DNA of 64,000 nt, taken from positions 127,784,001 through 127,848,000 of the forward strand of contig NC_058368.1 of assembly GCF_018350175.1 (NCBI RefSeq), read 5' to 3'. Each line of letters begins with the position of its first letter. Within the stretch, counting starts at the first letter, position 1. Position numbers and translations under genes: made by a program. The notes under the pieces were generated by a model. The model searched no databases. It saw only the letters and a list, made by a program, of their open reading frames with translations, and was not told the DNA's origin. Below are positions 25,900 to 38,670 of the stretch, piece by piece. The DNA is from Felis catus. Its lineage: Eukaryota.

Positions 25900-27150
25900 G
25901 GCACGTCCAAGAGAAGACACACATTAAGATGATTCCCAAAATAAGTTTTTCTGTCAAGAGTCCCATTATCCAAACCACTGATATATTAAGTGCTCTACTG
26001 GGGGTCTGATCACTCAGAGCATTTACTTGTGTCCTCATGTGATTTAATAAAGATGATACATTGGTAGGCCAATCAGATATAAACACAGATTTTGTTTAGA
26101 TAATGGCACAGGTGCCTCCTTAGTAGGCAGTAATAATGCCCATTCTATTTTGGAGGACAGCTTTCCTCATTAGAGATAGTTCAGTGTTCACAAAAAACAG
26201 ACCTTGTGACCATCATTTAAGTCATATTTGGTAAATTTAATAAGGGCTTTTATGTGTGTTATATAATGTCTTCTGGGCCAATGGAGAGGACAAAGACAGC
26301 AGCCAAATGATCATACAGGTGGAAAACAGAATGTGCCCATCTGGCCTGGAGGAGACAGAGGTTGGCAATTTTTGTTACTGTGGTGTGGATTATCCCCTGT
26401 GGCCAGGGAAAACCAGTGTGCAGCAGCCCAACCACTAACGTGGAAGCCACAAAGATTGCGCCATACAACCATTGGGTCCCAATGAGGGATATCCAAAAAC
26501 ACCTTTGCTGCATGATTAGTCAGTGCCAAACCAGTCACTATCCTTTAATGTGACAGAGTAACTACACAGCTTTGGTAATACCCATCCCATATCCCTGAAA
26601 TAATTGGGCTGATTCTGTGTAGAGTGCTATTTCTTTTCCCAACGTAGGGGTGCCTAATGTCCCTAAACTGGGGTAAGCCAAATGAACCTATCCCAAATCT
26701 GAGTACAGGCATCCATGGCTTTGATGGTGGTGTTTTTAGGACCCTTCCAGTCAAGAGTCTGATAGGCTGTCTATACAGTTTGAATGATTAACAAAAAGAA
26801 TACCCATGCCCAGTGTTATTGATAATGTGTGCCACAGGCCAGGATTTTGGATCAGTATTAGCAATATCAGATGAATTATAAGTAAGAAACCTAGGTTGTT
26901 CTTCCTTAATATACTGCTTTAAGTCCCTTCAATCCCTGTTCTAGAGTGGCTATACCCACCATAATAATCCTAACAAGCTAGAGAGGGGCAGTTGCCCACA
27001 TACCCAAAAGTTGGGTTGATTCCTCTGCCAGGCATACAAGTGGGCCAATAGAAGGAACGTATTTCCATCAGGTGTCCATCTTGTGACCAGACATCCAAAG
27101 AAACAAAAGTGCAAGGTTGAAAAGACAGATATTTAGTAGGAAATTGTATG
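25900..27150 (-). pseudogene. Retroviral env pseudogene (gamma-type SU/TM)
   Basis: SU: NTFLLLAHLYAWQRNQPNFWVCGQLPLS (decayed CWVC) at about 26980-27065; degraded cleavage region RWAHSVFHLYDHLAAVF; TM immunosuppressive domain MRKAVLQNRM..IITAY*GGTCAII at about 26100-26170; stops and frameshifts present. Confidence 0.85.
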
Positions 27151-30100
27151 GGAAAATATTCACCTTGTATAAGAATTACATTTGTGCCCTGATCATTAGA
27201 TGTTAATGTGGCTGCAGCTTCAGGAATTTGAAATGGTTGTGCTTACCCTACATGTAGGCCAGCGGAAGACAGCACTGTTAGGTAAGAAGAAATAGACTAG
27301 GAACAGGATGCACCAAGCCAGGATTTCCATCTTTTTATTTCTTTAAATGGTATGTGTTCCATTCTCATTATAATGCATTTCAAGAGATTCAGCTTGCAGC
27401 AGGACAATGGGGGTACCAGTTGATCTTATGTAGCTCCTCCTCACTCAAAGGTCAGAGCAACTCACCCATCCTTGTAGGATATTCCATTGCAAATTCCAGT
27501 AGAATACACCTTTGTCAGGCATGATGAGGGCTGCTGTCCTTAGCAGCACAGAATGTTGATCCTTGATGAGAGTCAGGGCAATAGCTGTCTCCCACAACTG
27601 TCATAAATGTACAGTATTAGGTGTTTTCACAAGGGTCCCCATCAGGCAGATGGGGCAATAGGCCCTACAGTTGGTAATTCAAATGTTTTAAAGCCTGGGA
27701 CAGTACTTTAATCCACCCAAAGTGGTTTTACCAGTTAGTAATTTAATTGCTGCTTTAATATTCCATTTTCCCTTTATACCAACTGTACTGCTGGGGGTTG
27801 AACCTCTATTCAGTATCATGTTCCACATCATCACCTTGGAAAAGTGACCCCTGATAACTGTCTATTCAATGATGGTATCCACTGAGCTTCTCTAATCCCC
27901 TAATACTGACATCCTGGTTTGTACAGCAGCAGAGGAAAGCTTGGGTTAGGCTAGACACAGTGTCCACACAACCAACGCATAATGAAAACCTTTTCTTGGA
28001 GGAGGCAGCCAATATAATCACTTCGCCAATCCCTCACTGAATGGGAACTTCTGTGCATGGTTCAACATTCATTGGCAGTTGCCTTAGGCATTATCTAGGA
28101 CACACAGGACAAGGTGTTAGTGCATAACTAAGTTGCTGTATTCCAAAGGTAATCTGACATCCTTGGCAAAATGCAATCCCACCCCGGTGCTATAGTGGCC
28201 GCTCTTTCTATGACTCAATCCGCTATATCTACTAAAGGGTCAAGTTGCTAAAGTTTGTACCCTAAGCTAGGGCATCAGCTTCCGGATTGCCAGGGGTTGT
28301 CATTGCCTTGAGCCATAAGGTGAAAGACCTTGAATACTACCACAGGCTCTTGTAGAAGAGCCCAAATGTCTTTCCACATAACCTGACCCTAAAAGGGCTT
28401 AATCATAATCATCTACTTCTTGGCTTCCCACTGTCCATCCTGTAGGGTTAATCCCTTTATAATAGCCCAACTGCTTGTGCAAAGGGTTAAAGGTTAGGGA
28501 TCATAAGTGATCACCAGCCAAATCACTATTAGTTTAGCCCACTGGCTTCTGGACTTGTTCCTGTTTTCATCCAGATGGTGTCAGTGTTGGGCTGAATAGT
28601 TACTGTAGCACATGTGGGTGGGTTGTCCATCTTTATATCAGGCATTAGCAGAATTTCCCCCAACCCCTTTTTATTGGCCATCACAAGAATAGGGGTAGAG
28701 GCATTTGAAGGATCCACATACTCCACTGGACCTAGGAGCACACATATTTCTAGTGAGAGCGAGCTATCAGTCCAGGTATCATTCTGTTGCAAAAAGTCTT
28801 GCCACTTACTCACTGTGGGAGTTTGAACCATGGCAAAGGTGGGTGGATAGGACATATTATCAACCCACCCCTTAAGAAGAAAGGGATTTCTCACCATGAT
28901 ATACTTTTTCTTCATGAGAGGCTCAACCTAGAGGAGTACTGCATACAATCCTAGGAGCTGTTGCTCTATGGGGCTATTTCTGTTGCCTTCAGAAGTGGGA
29001 CCAAAATCCAGGGGACACTCTCTCTTCTTGTTGTCTCTGCCACAGTGTCAAACCCACACCTTCTGGAGTCACAGACATATCTAATTCAAATGGTATCTTT
29101 GCTTGGGAGATGCCCAGAGCTTTAATCTACTTCACTAGTACTTTTGTATTCTCAAAGGCAGCTTGGTGCTCTGATCACCAGTAACATATGTGCCCTTTCT
29201 TTATCAGGCAATCTGAGGGACAGAATCACTGTGCCAGGTGAGGAATAAAAGTCCTATGAAACCACAAAATCCATACAAAATATTTTTCAGGTTCTTAGGA
29301 GTAGGATACACTCATACCTCATTAATCACAGCTTTTGGGACAATGTGCAACTTACCCAACAACACAATTCCCAAAACTTTACAGCAGTGTCTGGGCCTTA
29401 AATTTTCTGTGGGTTCGCTGCTCATCCTCTCCCTTGCAGATGTTCCAGCAAAATCTGCAGAGGTCCTGCAGCAGAGGCAAGTCTTCACATCTTAACACGA
29501 TATCATCATAAGTGTAAAGAACCCATTTTTCAAATGTGGGGAAGGAGAAAAGAGACAGATCTCAAGCTACCATCCCATGACATATTGTGGCACCACACAG
29601 ATAGCTTTGGAAAAACACTTTAAAGGTCCACTGTTGCCCCTGCCATACAGAGATATATTGATATTATGACTCGGTGGCCAGGAGTACACTGAAAAAAAGA
29701 ATTTGCTCAGTCGAGTACAGCATGATACACTCCCAGGACTGTGGCCCAAGTATCTAAGATAATGGCAATGTTGGGCATAGCCCCATAGATGAGGGAGTAC
29801 CACATTGTCCAATTCTGCGTAGGTCATGGTCATCTACCATGAGCCATCTGGCTTTTTTATCATCCATACCAGACTGTTGGAAGCACTATGGGCAAGGAAT
29901 ACAATACCCTCTCAATGCAGCTCTTGAATAGTTTGTCCTATTTCCTTATGCCACCCACTCAATTTATATTGTGTGACTGTTACCACTCTTCACAGGGGTT
30001 GACTGGTTCTTCCTTGGTGTTTCCCTTCAGCACAGGTTTTATTATTCTAACCCAGAGACATAATTCACCAACAGAGGTTATAGATTTGGCTTTGTAGGAT

Positions 30101-31824
30101 GTTAATAGCCAATATGTTCCCTCGTATTAGAGAGATAAAAATCTCATATTCTTACAGGTGTGAATACCCAATTTACAGTGTCAAAAGGAACTTCCTCACC
30201 CTAGCCATTTGTCCCCCATAACCACTGATGGCACTGAGGGGGCAGAAGATTTCTGAGGGTCACCATGTATCAGAGTACACTCAGCTCCAGTATCAACTGG
30301 AGCAATCACTCATATTTCTGAAAGACCAGTGAGGAGCTCCATGGGAGGCTCCAATTGTCTCTAATGGCCCTCACCTGGATGTAATATTGGCTTTCATCTT
30401 TTATCTGGGCCTTGTGATTCACCTACATAGATAGGAATGTACCCCTGAGGCCTCTGCTCAAGCAGACAGAGCATCAGGGATGGTAGGTGCACTCCCAGCA
30501 GCATGTGGTTAAACCATATTATTTCTGGATTACGTTTACTGAGACCTTTACAGCAGCCTGAGATAGCCATTTGTGAGTTCCTGTTCCATCTCAGGTCTTT
30601 CCAATAACCTGTACTCATTCTCAGAATTTGTCAGTTTTCCCCAGATCAGCAATAGATCATCTGACATCATAAATGTCATGTCTCGTGATTAGGCTCAGAC
30701 TAAGTATCAGCATCTCATACTAGGTGCCTAGAGTATCTTAGCTTTCATTCCTGCAGTGAATATTCACCAATAAAAGCCTTCAAAGACAAGGACACAGATG
30801 GCCTGTCTCATTCCCAGCTCCTTCATAACAATTTATTTTATCTTCTCTATAGATTTCTAATGTTTCGTGTGACCAGGGAGAGCCCCATCATTGGGTCAAG
30901 AATGCCTGTAGACAAGAACAATTATATCTGTAAGGAAGTGAGTTCCTTAAACACCCCAAACACCAGGAAGGAGCTGCTGCTGGAGAAAAGGGTATATGAT
31001 GATTTTGCTCATTTTCTCTGCCTCCTGCTTAGTCAGAGAACTCCAGAAGCTATCCCCTGCACACCCTCCCCCAGTCTCATAGCCCTACAAACCATGCCTG
31101 GATACTTCCCCTGGCCTTTTGCTGAAACTTGGCAGCTCTATCAATAAGCTCAGTGGGCATGCTCTCTCATCATGAATGTTTCCTGAACTAAGGGTTGCCC
31201 TGCTAGCTGGAGTTGTAGCTAGGGTTGTTGCTGTTCTTAGCATTAGGGGTCAGACACATGGGGTTTTCGGTCGGTTTCATTGTCACTTGCCACAACATCC
31301 TCCTCCTTGCTCCTCTCACTTTTCTATTAATTCCATATTTTAGCATCCTAACCAGATTTTGTCACAAGTGCTAAGACCTTAATTCTAAGCAGCTTGTGCC
31401 CCACCTCAGTTTTGCAAAATGGAACCTCAAGGACTCCAACTTATCATCCTGCTCTCCCACCTTGTCCTCCAGCCCCAAAGCTAGCAGAGTAGTACACACC
31501 TGAATGTCCTTCTCTTACCTCAGCAATTCTTCTGACTTGCTAACAGGAGCTTCAGCCCCTAATTGGGATCATTGACCAAATGAAATATCCACCATAGGGA
31601 CTGGACCACTGTGGCACCCAGTCATTTCCCTTCACTGATGCAGAGCACTATGCATGAGTCCTCAAACAAGTATGCCAAACCATAGAGCATTTTTAGGGTA
31701 TTCCCATATTCATGTGGTAGCCCACAAACATCTAAATATGGGCCAGTTCTCCCCAAACAAAGATTGATGACCAACTTAAGATTTCCCCTATAGATGCCTC
31801 CTTCCTAAGACCCATTTATTGAGT

Positions 31825-31842
31825 CTTCTGGCTGCTTTGCTA
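31825..31842 (-). promoter_or_regulatory. Degenerate primer-binding site, tRNA-Arg type
   Basis: Minus strand TAGCAAAGCAGCCAGAAG, 5 nt inside the 5' LTR boundary; 13/18 match to TGGCGAGCCAGCCAGGAG (complement of the tRNA-Arg(ACG) 3' end). Confidence 0.6.
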
Positions 31843-31847
31843 ATTAT

Positions 31848-32263
31848 TGCTTCAAAACCTCAGGAGCTTCCTGGGTGAAACTTGAAACTGTCCCTTGTAC
31901 ACAGAGAGTAAGGAAAGACCAAAGAGTCTACTCCAGATTGGCAAATGGAAGGTTTAATAAGCAAGGGAACTTACATAAAAGTCTTGTCTTGGGTGGCTGC
32001 AAAAAAAGTAGATCTCTTTATCCAGCCACAAGAATCTTAAAAGTTTATAAAGAGGTCTTAGCTGGGTTCAGTCACAACTGAGAGTCTTAACAACACATTG
32101 TTCCCTCAATGTTATGTCCTTGAAAATACCTTCCACTGTGGGAATGGTGGGCAGAACATACATTCTAAGGACAGGGGCATGGAGGAGAAACCTCCAACTG
32201 CCTAGATCTGACTAGCGGGTCAATTGATGGTCATTTTTTCTGTCAGTGACCTCCTCCTCAACA
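31848..32263 (-). repeat. 5' LTR of the provirus
   Basis: TG...CA bounded; on minus carries TATAAA (about 32044-32049) and ATTAAA (about 31953-31958). Confidence 0.9.
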
Positions 32264-32378
32264 TGTTTAAAATATTATCCAAGACTATGAAAACAAATAA
32301 CTCAACCTTTTATTACCTTAAGTCAGACATCAGTCTGCCAACTATAGTGAAATGATTTATGTGTCTAGTCCCTTCATC

Positions 32379-32751
32379 ACGTTTATTGGGACGTTTACAG
32401 CAGCCTGAGATAGCCATTTGTGAGTTCCTGTTCCATCTCAGGTCTTTCCAATAACCCGTACTCATTCTCAGAATTTGTCAGTTTCCCCCAGATCAGCAAT
32501 AGATCATCTGACATCATAAATGTCATGTCTCATGATTGGGCTCAGACTAAGTATCAGCATCTTATACTAGGTGCCTAGAGTATCTTAGCTTTCATTCCTG
32601 CAGTGAATATTCACCAATAAAAGCCTTCAAAGACAAGGACACAGATGGCCTGTCTCATTCCCAACTCCTTCATAACAATTTATTTTATCTTCTCTATAGA
32701 TTTCTAATGTTTCATGTGACCAGGGAGAGCCCCATCATTGGGTCAAGAATG
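32379..32751 (+). repeat. 373-bp direct duplicate of 30532-30904 (proviral gag region) lying outside the provirus
   Basis: Near-identical by eye, about 10 substitutions and equal length. Confidence 0.95.
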
Positions 32752-32910
32752 GACACATAGCTTGGACACATCTGGAAGGACAGGAATGCCTCCAGCACGC
32801 AGCCAGTGCCTGGGATAAAACATATGCTAAATAAACCTTGTTGGAAGAATCAGTGAAGAAAATAGATAAACCTGACTCTATTCCTTCAACGTCAAGAAAG
32901 TAGGAAATGA

Positions 32911-33122
32911 GGGGAACATCTGGGTGGCTCAGCCAGTTGAGCATCTGACTTCAGCTCAGGTCATGATCTCACAGTTTATGGGCTTGAACCCTGCATCAGG
33001 TTCTGTGCTGACAGCTCAAAGTCTGGAGCCTGCTTCAGATTCTGTGTCTCCCTCTCTCTCTGCCCTCTCCTTGCTCATGCTCTGTCTCTCTCACTCTCAA
33101 AGATAAATAAACATTTAAAAAG
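32911..33122 (+). mobile_element. Can-SINE with TSD AAGAAAGTAGGAAATGA
   Basis: Head, CT region and tail; TSD at 32894-32910 and about 33123-33139. Confidence 0.95.
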
Positions 33123-33262
33123 AAGAAAGTAGGAAATGAGAAAACAGCATTAGACATTGGTATTAATAGTGTTGTGTTTATAGGTATTCATATAAATATG
33201 AATTTATATTTCATTGCAAAACTGTTACCTTTTGCAATGTAAGAAACATATTCACATGTTGT

Positions 33263-33476
33263 AGGGGCTCCTGGGTGGCTTAGTCAGTTAAGCATCTGAC
33301 TTCAGCTCAGGTCATGATCTCGCAGTCTGTGATTTTGAGCTCCATGTTGGGTTCTGTGCTGACAGCTAAGAGCCTGGAACCTGCTTTGAATTCTGTGCCT
33401 CCCTCTTTCTCCCTGTTCACGCTCTGTTCACACTCTGTCACTCTCTCTCTTTCTCTCAAAAATAAACATTAAAAAA
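33263..33476 (+). mobile_element. Can-SINE with long TSD AAGAAACATATTCACATGTTGT, inserted in an MLT1 fragment
   Basis: TSD at 33241-33262 and 33477-33498. Confidence 0.95.
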
Positions 33477-33799
33477 AAGAAACATATTCACATGTTGTGA
33501 GGATTTAGGACACAGATATCTTTGAGTACCTTTATTCTATCTCTATCATATATGTTCTCTTGTCCTTCCTTTTGGGGCAAATTTTGAATTATGAAAGGAG
33601 AGGCAGGAATGACTGTGATGGCTGGGATTTCTCCCTTCACTTCTTTCCCTATCTAATGAAGTCATTTATCATCCCCATTTTGTTAATTCAAGGACTCCCA
33701 AACTTTATGACTTCTGCTATAACAGAAATTTGACATCTATTTAACATTCACTTTTCAGTGACACTTTGTATCACTCCTTAATGTGGCTGCTTTGTCCTC

Positions 33800-34290
33800 C
33801 TTAAGACTATACCTCTCTGCTCCTCCTGGGACTACTATAGTTCCCCTGCTCTGAACTGTGTGGTTCAGCTAGGGTTACCAATCTAAATCCTCCCACACCA
33901 TAGTTATAAGCATGCACTTGTGACCCAAGGAGGGAGAAACAAAACCCTTTTGGACATTCATATATTGCTGAACTGGAGGCATGGAAACCTGTTCCTAACC
34001 ATTGATGGTGAAAGGCAAAATGAACTCTGGAAGAATCTGTGTCATGTCTCCCAACCATTAGAAGAAATTGGCCTGTGATAGGATAGAATGAAGCTAAGCC
34101 TCAGGGGAACAAGATGAACAAGATACATAGGAGGTTCTTTTGGCAATTTGATTCCCTTAATTTATGTGAGCTAAAGACCAACCCCATCTCTTTATTTCCC
34201 TGTGACTGAAAGCAAACACTGCCTTTGTTTGCTTTAGCTAACTTAAATTGGATTTCAATCATTCGCAGCAGAAACATTCTTTATTAATAT
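33800..34290 (+). mobile_element. Old LTR relic (MaLR/ERV-L type)
   Basis: 3' end TTTGCTTTAGCTAACTTAAATTGGATTTCAATCATTCGCAGCAGAAACATTC resembles MLT1/LTR16-type termini. Confidence 0.45.
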
Positions 34291-35329
34291 AGTCTTATTC
34301 TGAGCTAAATGCTAGATTTACAGTATCCCTTTAAATTCTCAAGACAACAATAAAATATATAACAACAAAATAGCTTAGTGGCTGCAACATATAAAAAGGA
34401 ATTTCTCTTAAAATTCCAAAATGTTAATCATTCAAATTGCTTTTGTATATCTCTACATTTGAAATTTCTTTCAAATATATATTCGTTAGAATATGTATTT
34501 TCACCTAACTTTTTAAATAAACATTAAAGATTTTAGGCACTCCATGTTTCCAGAGTACCTATGCTAGGCAAAGCTCTGTAAAAGTTGGAATGTTAAACAG
34601 TTGCATAGATTTTCAGGAGAAAAACAAACCAAGCTGAAGATGTGTATCACTTCCAATGTTACATTCCTTTTTCCTGTATTATTCATTTCTTCCAAAATTA
34701 AGTTCTGAAAAAATACTTTCCCTGTGTCTGAATTTGCAGTATAATCAAGAAAATTTTTGAAAACTGAGCCAATGCTTTAAGGATTAAAATACAATTTAAT
34801 AGGTTACTATTACAATAAATTGAAAATCATATAGTTCAAAAGGACTATATACAAACAGTAGACATTTTTCTATGTATATTGTACTGCTATGTCTCCATGA
34901 AATTGTTAATAAATAATCCATTTTCAAATGGATAGTTGTAAACTGATAAAAGCACTCTTGCAAAAATGAATTCCATATGAAAATGATAATTTCCACCCCA
35001 GGTTAACACAAAGATACCAGATAGATCTCTAACATCCGCAGAACATAATACCAATATAGGCTGTGATTTCAAATTGATTAGAAAACACAGAAATTACTGA
35101 AGTCTTTTTAAAACCATCCCCTATAACTCATTCATCAAAACTTGTAAAAAATTCATAAAAGGAATAGAAAATTCTCATTCAGCAATATTCTACCATATAT
35201 TCTCATCAAAAAGAAAGTCTGAAACTACAGGATTCAATCAACTTTTTGTAAATAGCATTGTACCTTTCCTGGATGACCTTGAACAAGGAAACAGATCCTA
35301 TTTTGTTAGCAGGGGAAGGAAAGAAAAGA

Positions 35330-37180
35330 ATTAAACAATAATTCTGGAACTGAAAAATGCAATACCTGAATTGGACAATTCACTAGAGGAAATCAACATC
35401 AAACTTAAGCAGAACAAAGAATCAATGAACTTAAAGACAAGTCATTTGAAATTATGAAGTCAGAAGAAAAAAAGAAAAAAGAATTTTAAAAGTGAGAAAA
35501 CCCTAAGGGGTTTATATGTAAATTATGAGAGTCCAGAACAAGAAGAAAGGGAGAAAGGGGCAGAGAGCTTATTTGAAGAAATAATGTTCGAAAATTTCCC
35601 AATACCAAGGAAGGAAATGAACATTCAAATTTAAGAACAAAAAAGACTGAAACTCAAAGAAGCCTCAAGACACATTAAATAAGTAGTGAAAAGTCAAAGA
35701 CAAAGAGAAAATCTTGGAAGCAGCAAGAGAAAAGTGACTCATCACATAAAAAAGAGTCTCTATAAGATTGCCAGTGAATTTCTCAGCAGAAATATCACAG
35801 GCCAAAAGACAGTGGGATGATATAGTCAAAGTGCGGAAAGAAAAACACTGCGAACCAAGAATGCCATAGTCAGCAAAATTGTCCCTCAAAATGAAGCAGC
35901 TATAAAGAACTTCCCAGATAAACAAAATCTAAGGGAGTTCATAATCACTAGATCTGCCTTAGAAGAATTATTAAAGGGAGTCCTTTAAGTTGAAGCAAAA
36001 GGACACTAGACAGCAGCACAAAGTCATATGAAGATATGAAGTTTTCTGGTAAAATATAAAAATAAATATTTAGACAAATACAGAATTCTGTGGTACATAA
36101 ATTGTTTCAAATTCCAGTACACAATTTGAAATATTGAAGCATAAAAAACTATAAACCTATGTTAAAGGATACAAAGTATAAAAATATATAACCTGTAAAA
36201 CCAATAAAGTGAGGAGGATGAAAGGAGTATCATTTCTGTGTATGATGCAAACTATCAGTTTAAAATAGATACCTGTAAGTATAAAATGTCTTATATAATC
36301 CCTATGGCCACCACAAAGAAAAGACCTATAGAAGATGCAAAATGAAAATCAGAATATTTTCAAATAATGTATCTGATAAGAGGTTAATATCCAAATTATA
36401 TAAACATCTAAAACTCAACAAAAGTCAAATGACTCACATAAAAATGAACAAATAACCTGAATAAACATTTCTCCAAAGATAATATGCAAATGGACACTAA
36501 GCAAATGTAATGATGTTCAACATCACTAATCATTGGGAAAATACAAACCAAAATCACAATGATAATTTACCTCACATGCATTAGGGTGACTACTATCAAA
36601 AAAAAACAAAAACAAAAACAAAAACAAAATCAAAACAAGTGTTGGAAAAAATGCAGAAAGAAAACCTGCACTATTCCAGGGATAGTAAAATGGTATAACT
36701 GCTTCAGAAAATAGTATGGAGTTTCCACTAAACAATTATTTTGTGTTAAAAATTTTATTTAAATTCTAGTTTGTTAACATATGGTACAATACTGGTTTCA
36801 GGAACAGAATTCAGTGATTCATCACTTACATACAATACCAAGTGCTCGTCATAACAACTGCCTACCTTAATACCCATCCCCCATCTAGCCCATCCCCCAC
36901 CCCCCTCCCTCCATTAACCCTCAGTTTGTTCTCTTTATTTAAGACTCTTTCATGGTTTGTTTCCCTCTCTCTTTTTTTTTCTCCCCCATCCCATATGTTC
37001 ATCTGCTTTGTTTCTTAAATTTCACACGAGTGAAATTCCCAAGAAATAGTTAAAAAAGAACTATCTTATGACCTAACAATCCAACTTTTGAGTATCTATC
37101 TGAAAGAACTGAAAACAAGATCTCAAGAAGATATTTGTATACTGATGTTCACAGCAGCACTATTCACAATAGCTATGAAA
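35330..37180 (+). mobile_element. Old L1: ORF1 remnant (about 35330-35995) joined to the ORF2 C-terminal region (from about 36355), interrupted by a younger antisense L1 3' end
   Basis: ORF1 motif KDKEKILEAAREK*LIT...NFSAEISQAKRQWDDIVKV; later TATCTGATAAGAGGTTAATATCCAAA and AACATCACTAATCATTGGGAAAATACAAACCAAAATCACAATG. Confidence 0.85.
36750..37037 (-). mobile_element. Carnivore L1 3' UTR fragment
   Basis: CAGTGATTCATCACTTACATACAATACCAAGTGCTC...CCCTCAGTTTGTTCTC homologous to the L1 3' ends at 14126 and 40790. Confidence 0.9.
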
Positions 37181-38039
37181 ATCTAGTGCTTACATCTAAA
37201 ATTAGAGGAGATAATACAAAAGAAACTTTCTGAAAAGTCAGTTTGAAGTGTGCATTAATAGCATTAAAAGTCATTCAAGCCCTTTAGCCTAGTTATACCA
37301 CTTCTCTGGAAATTAACCGAAGGAGGTTCTTAGCAATGCAGCTCTAAGTTTTTAATAAAGATATTGGTAACATGATTAATGCTAAAAACATTGAGACAAC
37401 CAAATATTGTCCAGGTATGAGGAAATTGCCTTAAAAATACATCTATGTAATACTAAGTAGCTTCTAAAAGGAATTTACTGAAGAAATTTAGATAGTATTC
37501 TGTCAAATGAAAAAAAGTAAGAGCCAATTGGATATATATATGCATGTTCTCAAAATGTCTCTGTCTCTCTCTGTCTCTCTCTGTCTCTCTCTCACACACA
37601 TACACACACACACACACACAAACTAACAAACTAGAAGGAAATATAATGAGTATCTTAGATTGTTATCTTAGGGTTACCTAAATCACCCACATTTAAAACC
37701 AATTTCATATGACGTACAATTTTTAAAACCAAAGAAGCAACTAGTGAACATTACTGCACTCTGAGACAAAAGGTGTGATCACTTCCCTGACTTGCGGTCC
37801 CCACACATCCCCTTGTCTCCTATCACTCTGCTCCTCCCTCTCTCCACAATACTAGCAGGAAATGTTAGGGTAAATAGGAAGGAAAAGACTCAAAGAGACA
37901 AGAAAGGACAAAGAGGAGGCACAAGAAGAAAAAACAATTTAAGAAATCTAAGGAGAAATGTTAAGACTATGAAAAAAGAATTAGATGTGGTAAAACAACA
38001 CTCAAAGCAGTAAAAATAGCTATGGCTAATGTCTCATGT

Positions 38040-38670
38040 CTCTACTAAATAAAAATTTGAGGAAAAGCTAAATTTCAAAATATATTTATGCCCCCCCAAT
38101 AATGAAATGTAAGTCATTTATCAAGTCTTTAGATTTAACTACTAATTATAGAAAATTTAAGAGACAGGTGACTATGTTGAACAACACCATAGGGACACAA
38201 TCAGCAAAATCCAATCTGTGAGAAACTCTATAAGATATATGACCCAGTTTTTTAGCAAAGAATTACAGAGAAAGAGAGAGAAGAGAGAAAAGAGAAGTTT
38301 ACTGTCTAAAATAAAACTAAGAATAATTTTGATCTATTAACCTTGTTTGGAACTCATTTCAAACAAACCAAATATTATTTTAAAAGTCAGGCAAATTTGG
38401 TATTAAGAGATTATCAAGACAAATTAAAGTTGTTTTCATGTTATTGAGGTAATTTTTTTAATCTATTTTAGGTACATACTAAAATAGTTACAGAAAAAGT
38501 AATATCATATGTTGGATTTGCTTCAAAATCATCCTAATAGAGGGAAATGTGGGTGGGGATGCAGATTAAACAAGAGTTGGCTGTGTAGTTAGAATTCCTG
38601 AAGCTGGGTAATGAGCATTTATGGTATATGCTTTTGCCCATATTTGAAGATTTCCATTATGTATTTTTTA
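38040..38670 (+). mobile_element. Ancient L1 3' UTR (L1ME/MC-type)
   Basis: CAATCAGCAAAATCCAATCTGTGAGAAACTCTA, TTGGATTTGCTTCAAAAT, GAAGCTGGGTAATGAG motifs. Confidence 0.7.

Larger units (their letters stand above)
25361..32263 (-). mobile_element. Degenerate full-length endogenous retrovirus, class III (ERV-L/HERV-S-like pol) with env
   Basis: Two homologous LTRs; minus-strand motifs in retroviral order: protease VDTGAECTLI (about 30270-30300), RT GQQWTFKVFFQSYL..TICHGMV (about 29570-29640) and a degraded YxDD (about 29500), RNaseH IQPNTDTIW (about 28570), integrase WRSDYIG (about 28010-28030), env (about 25900-27150). Confidence 0.9.

Noticed and set aside
25900..27150. env as a possible domesticated syncytin-like gene
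   Set aside because: In-frame stops, frameshifts and mutated CWVC/CX6CC motifs; no long ORF
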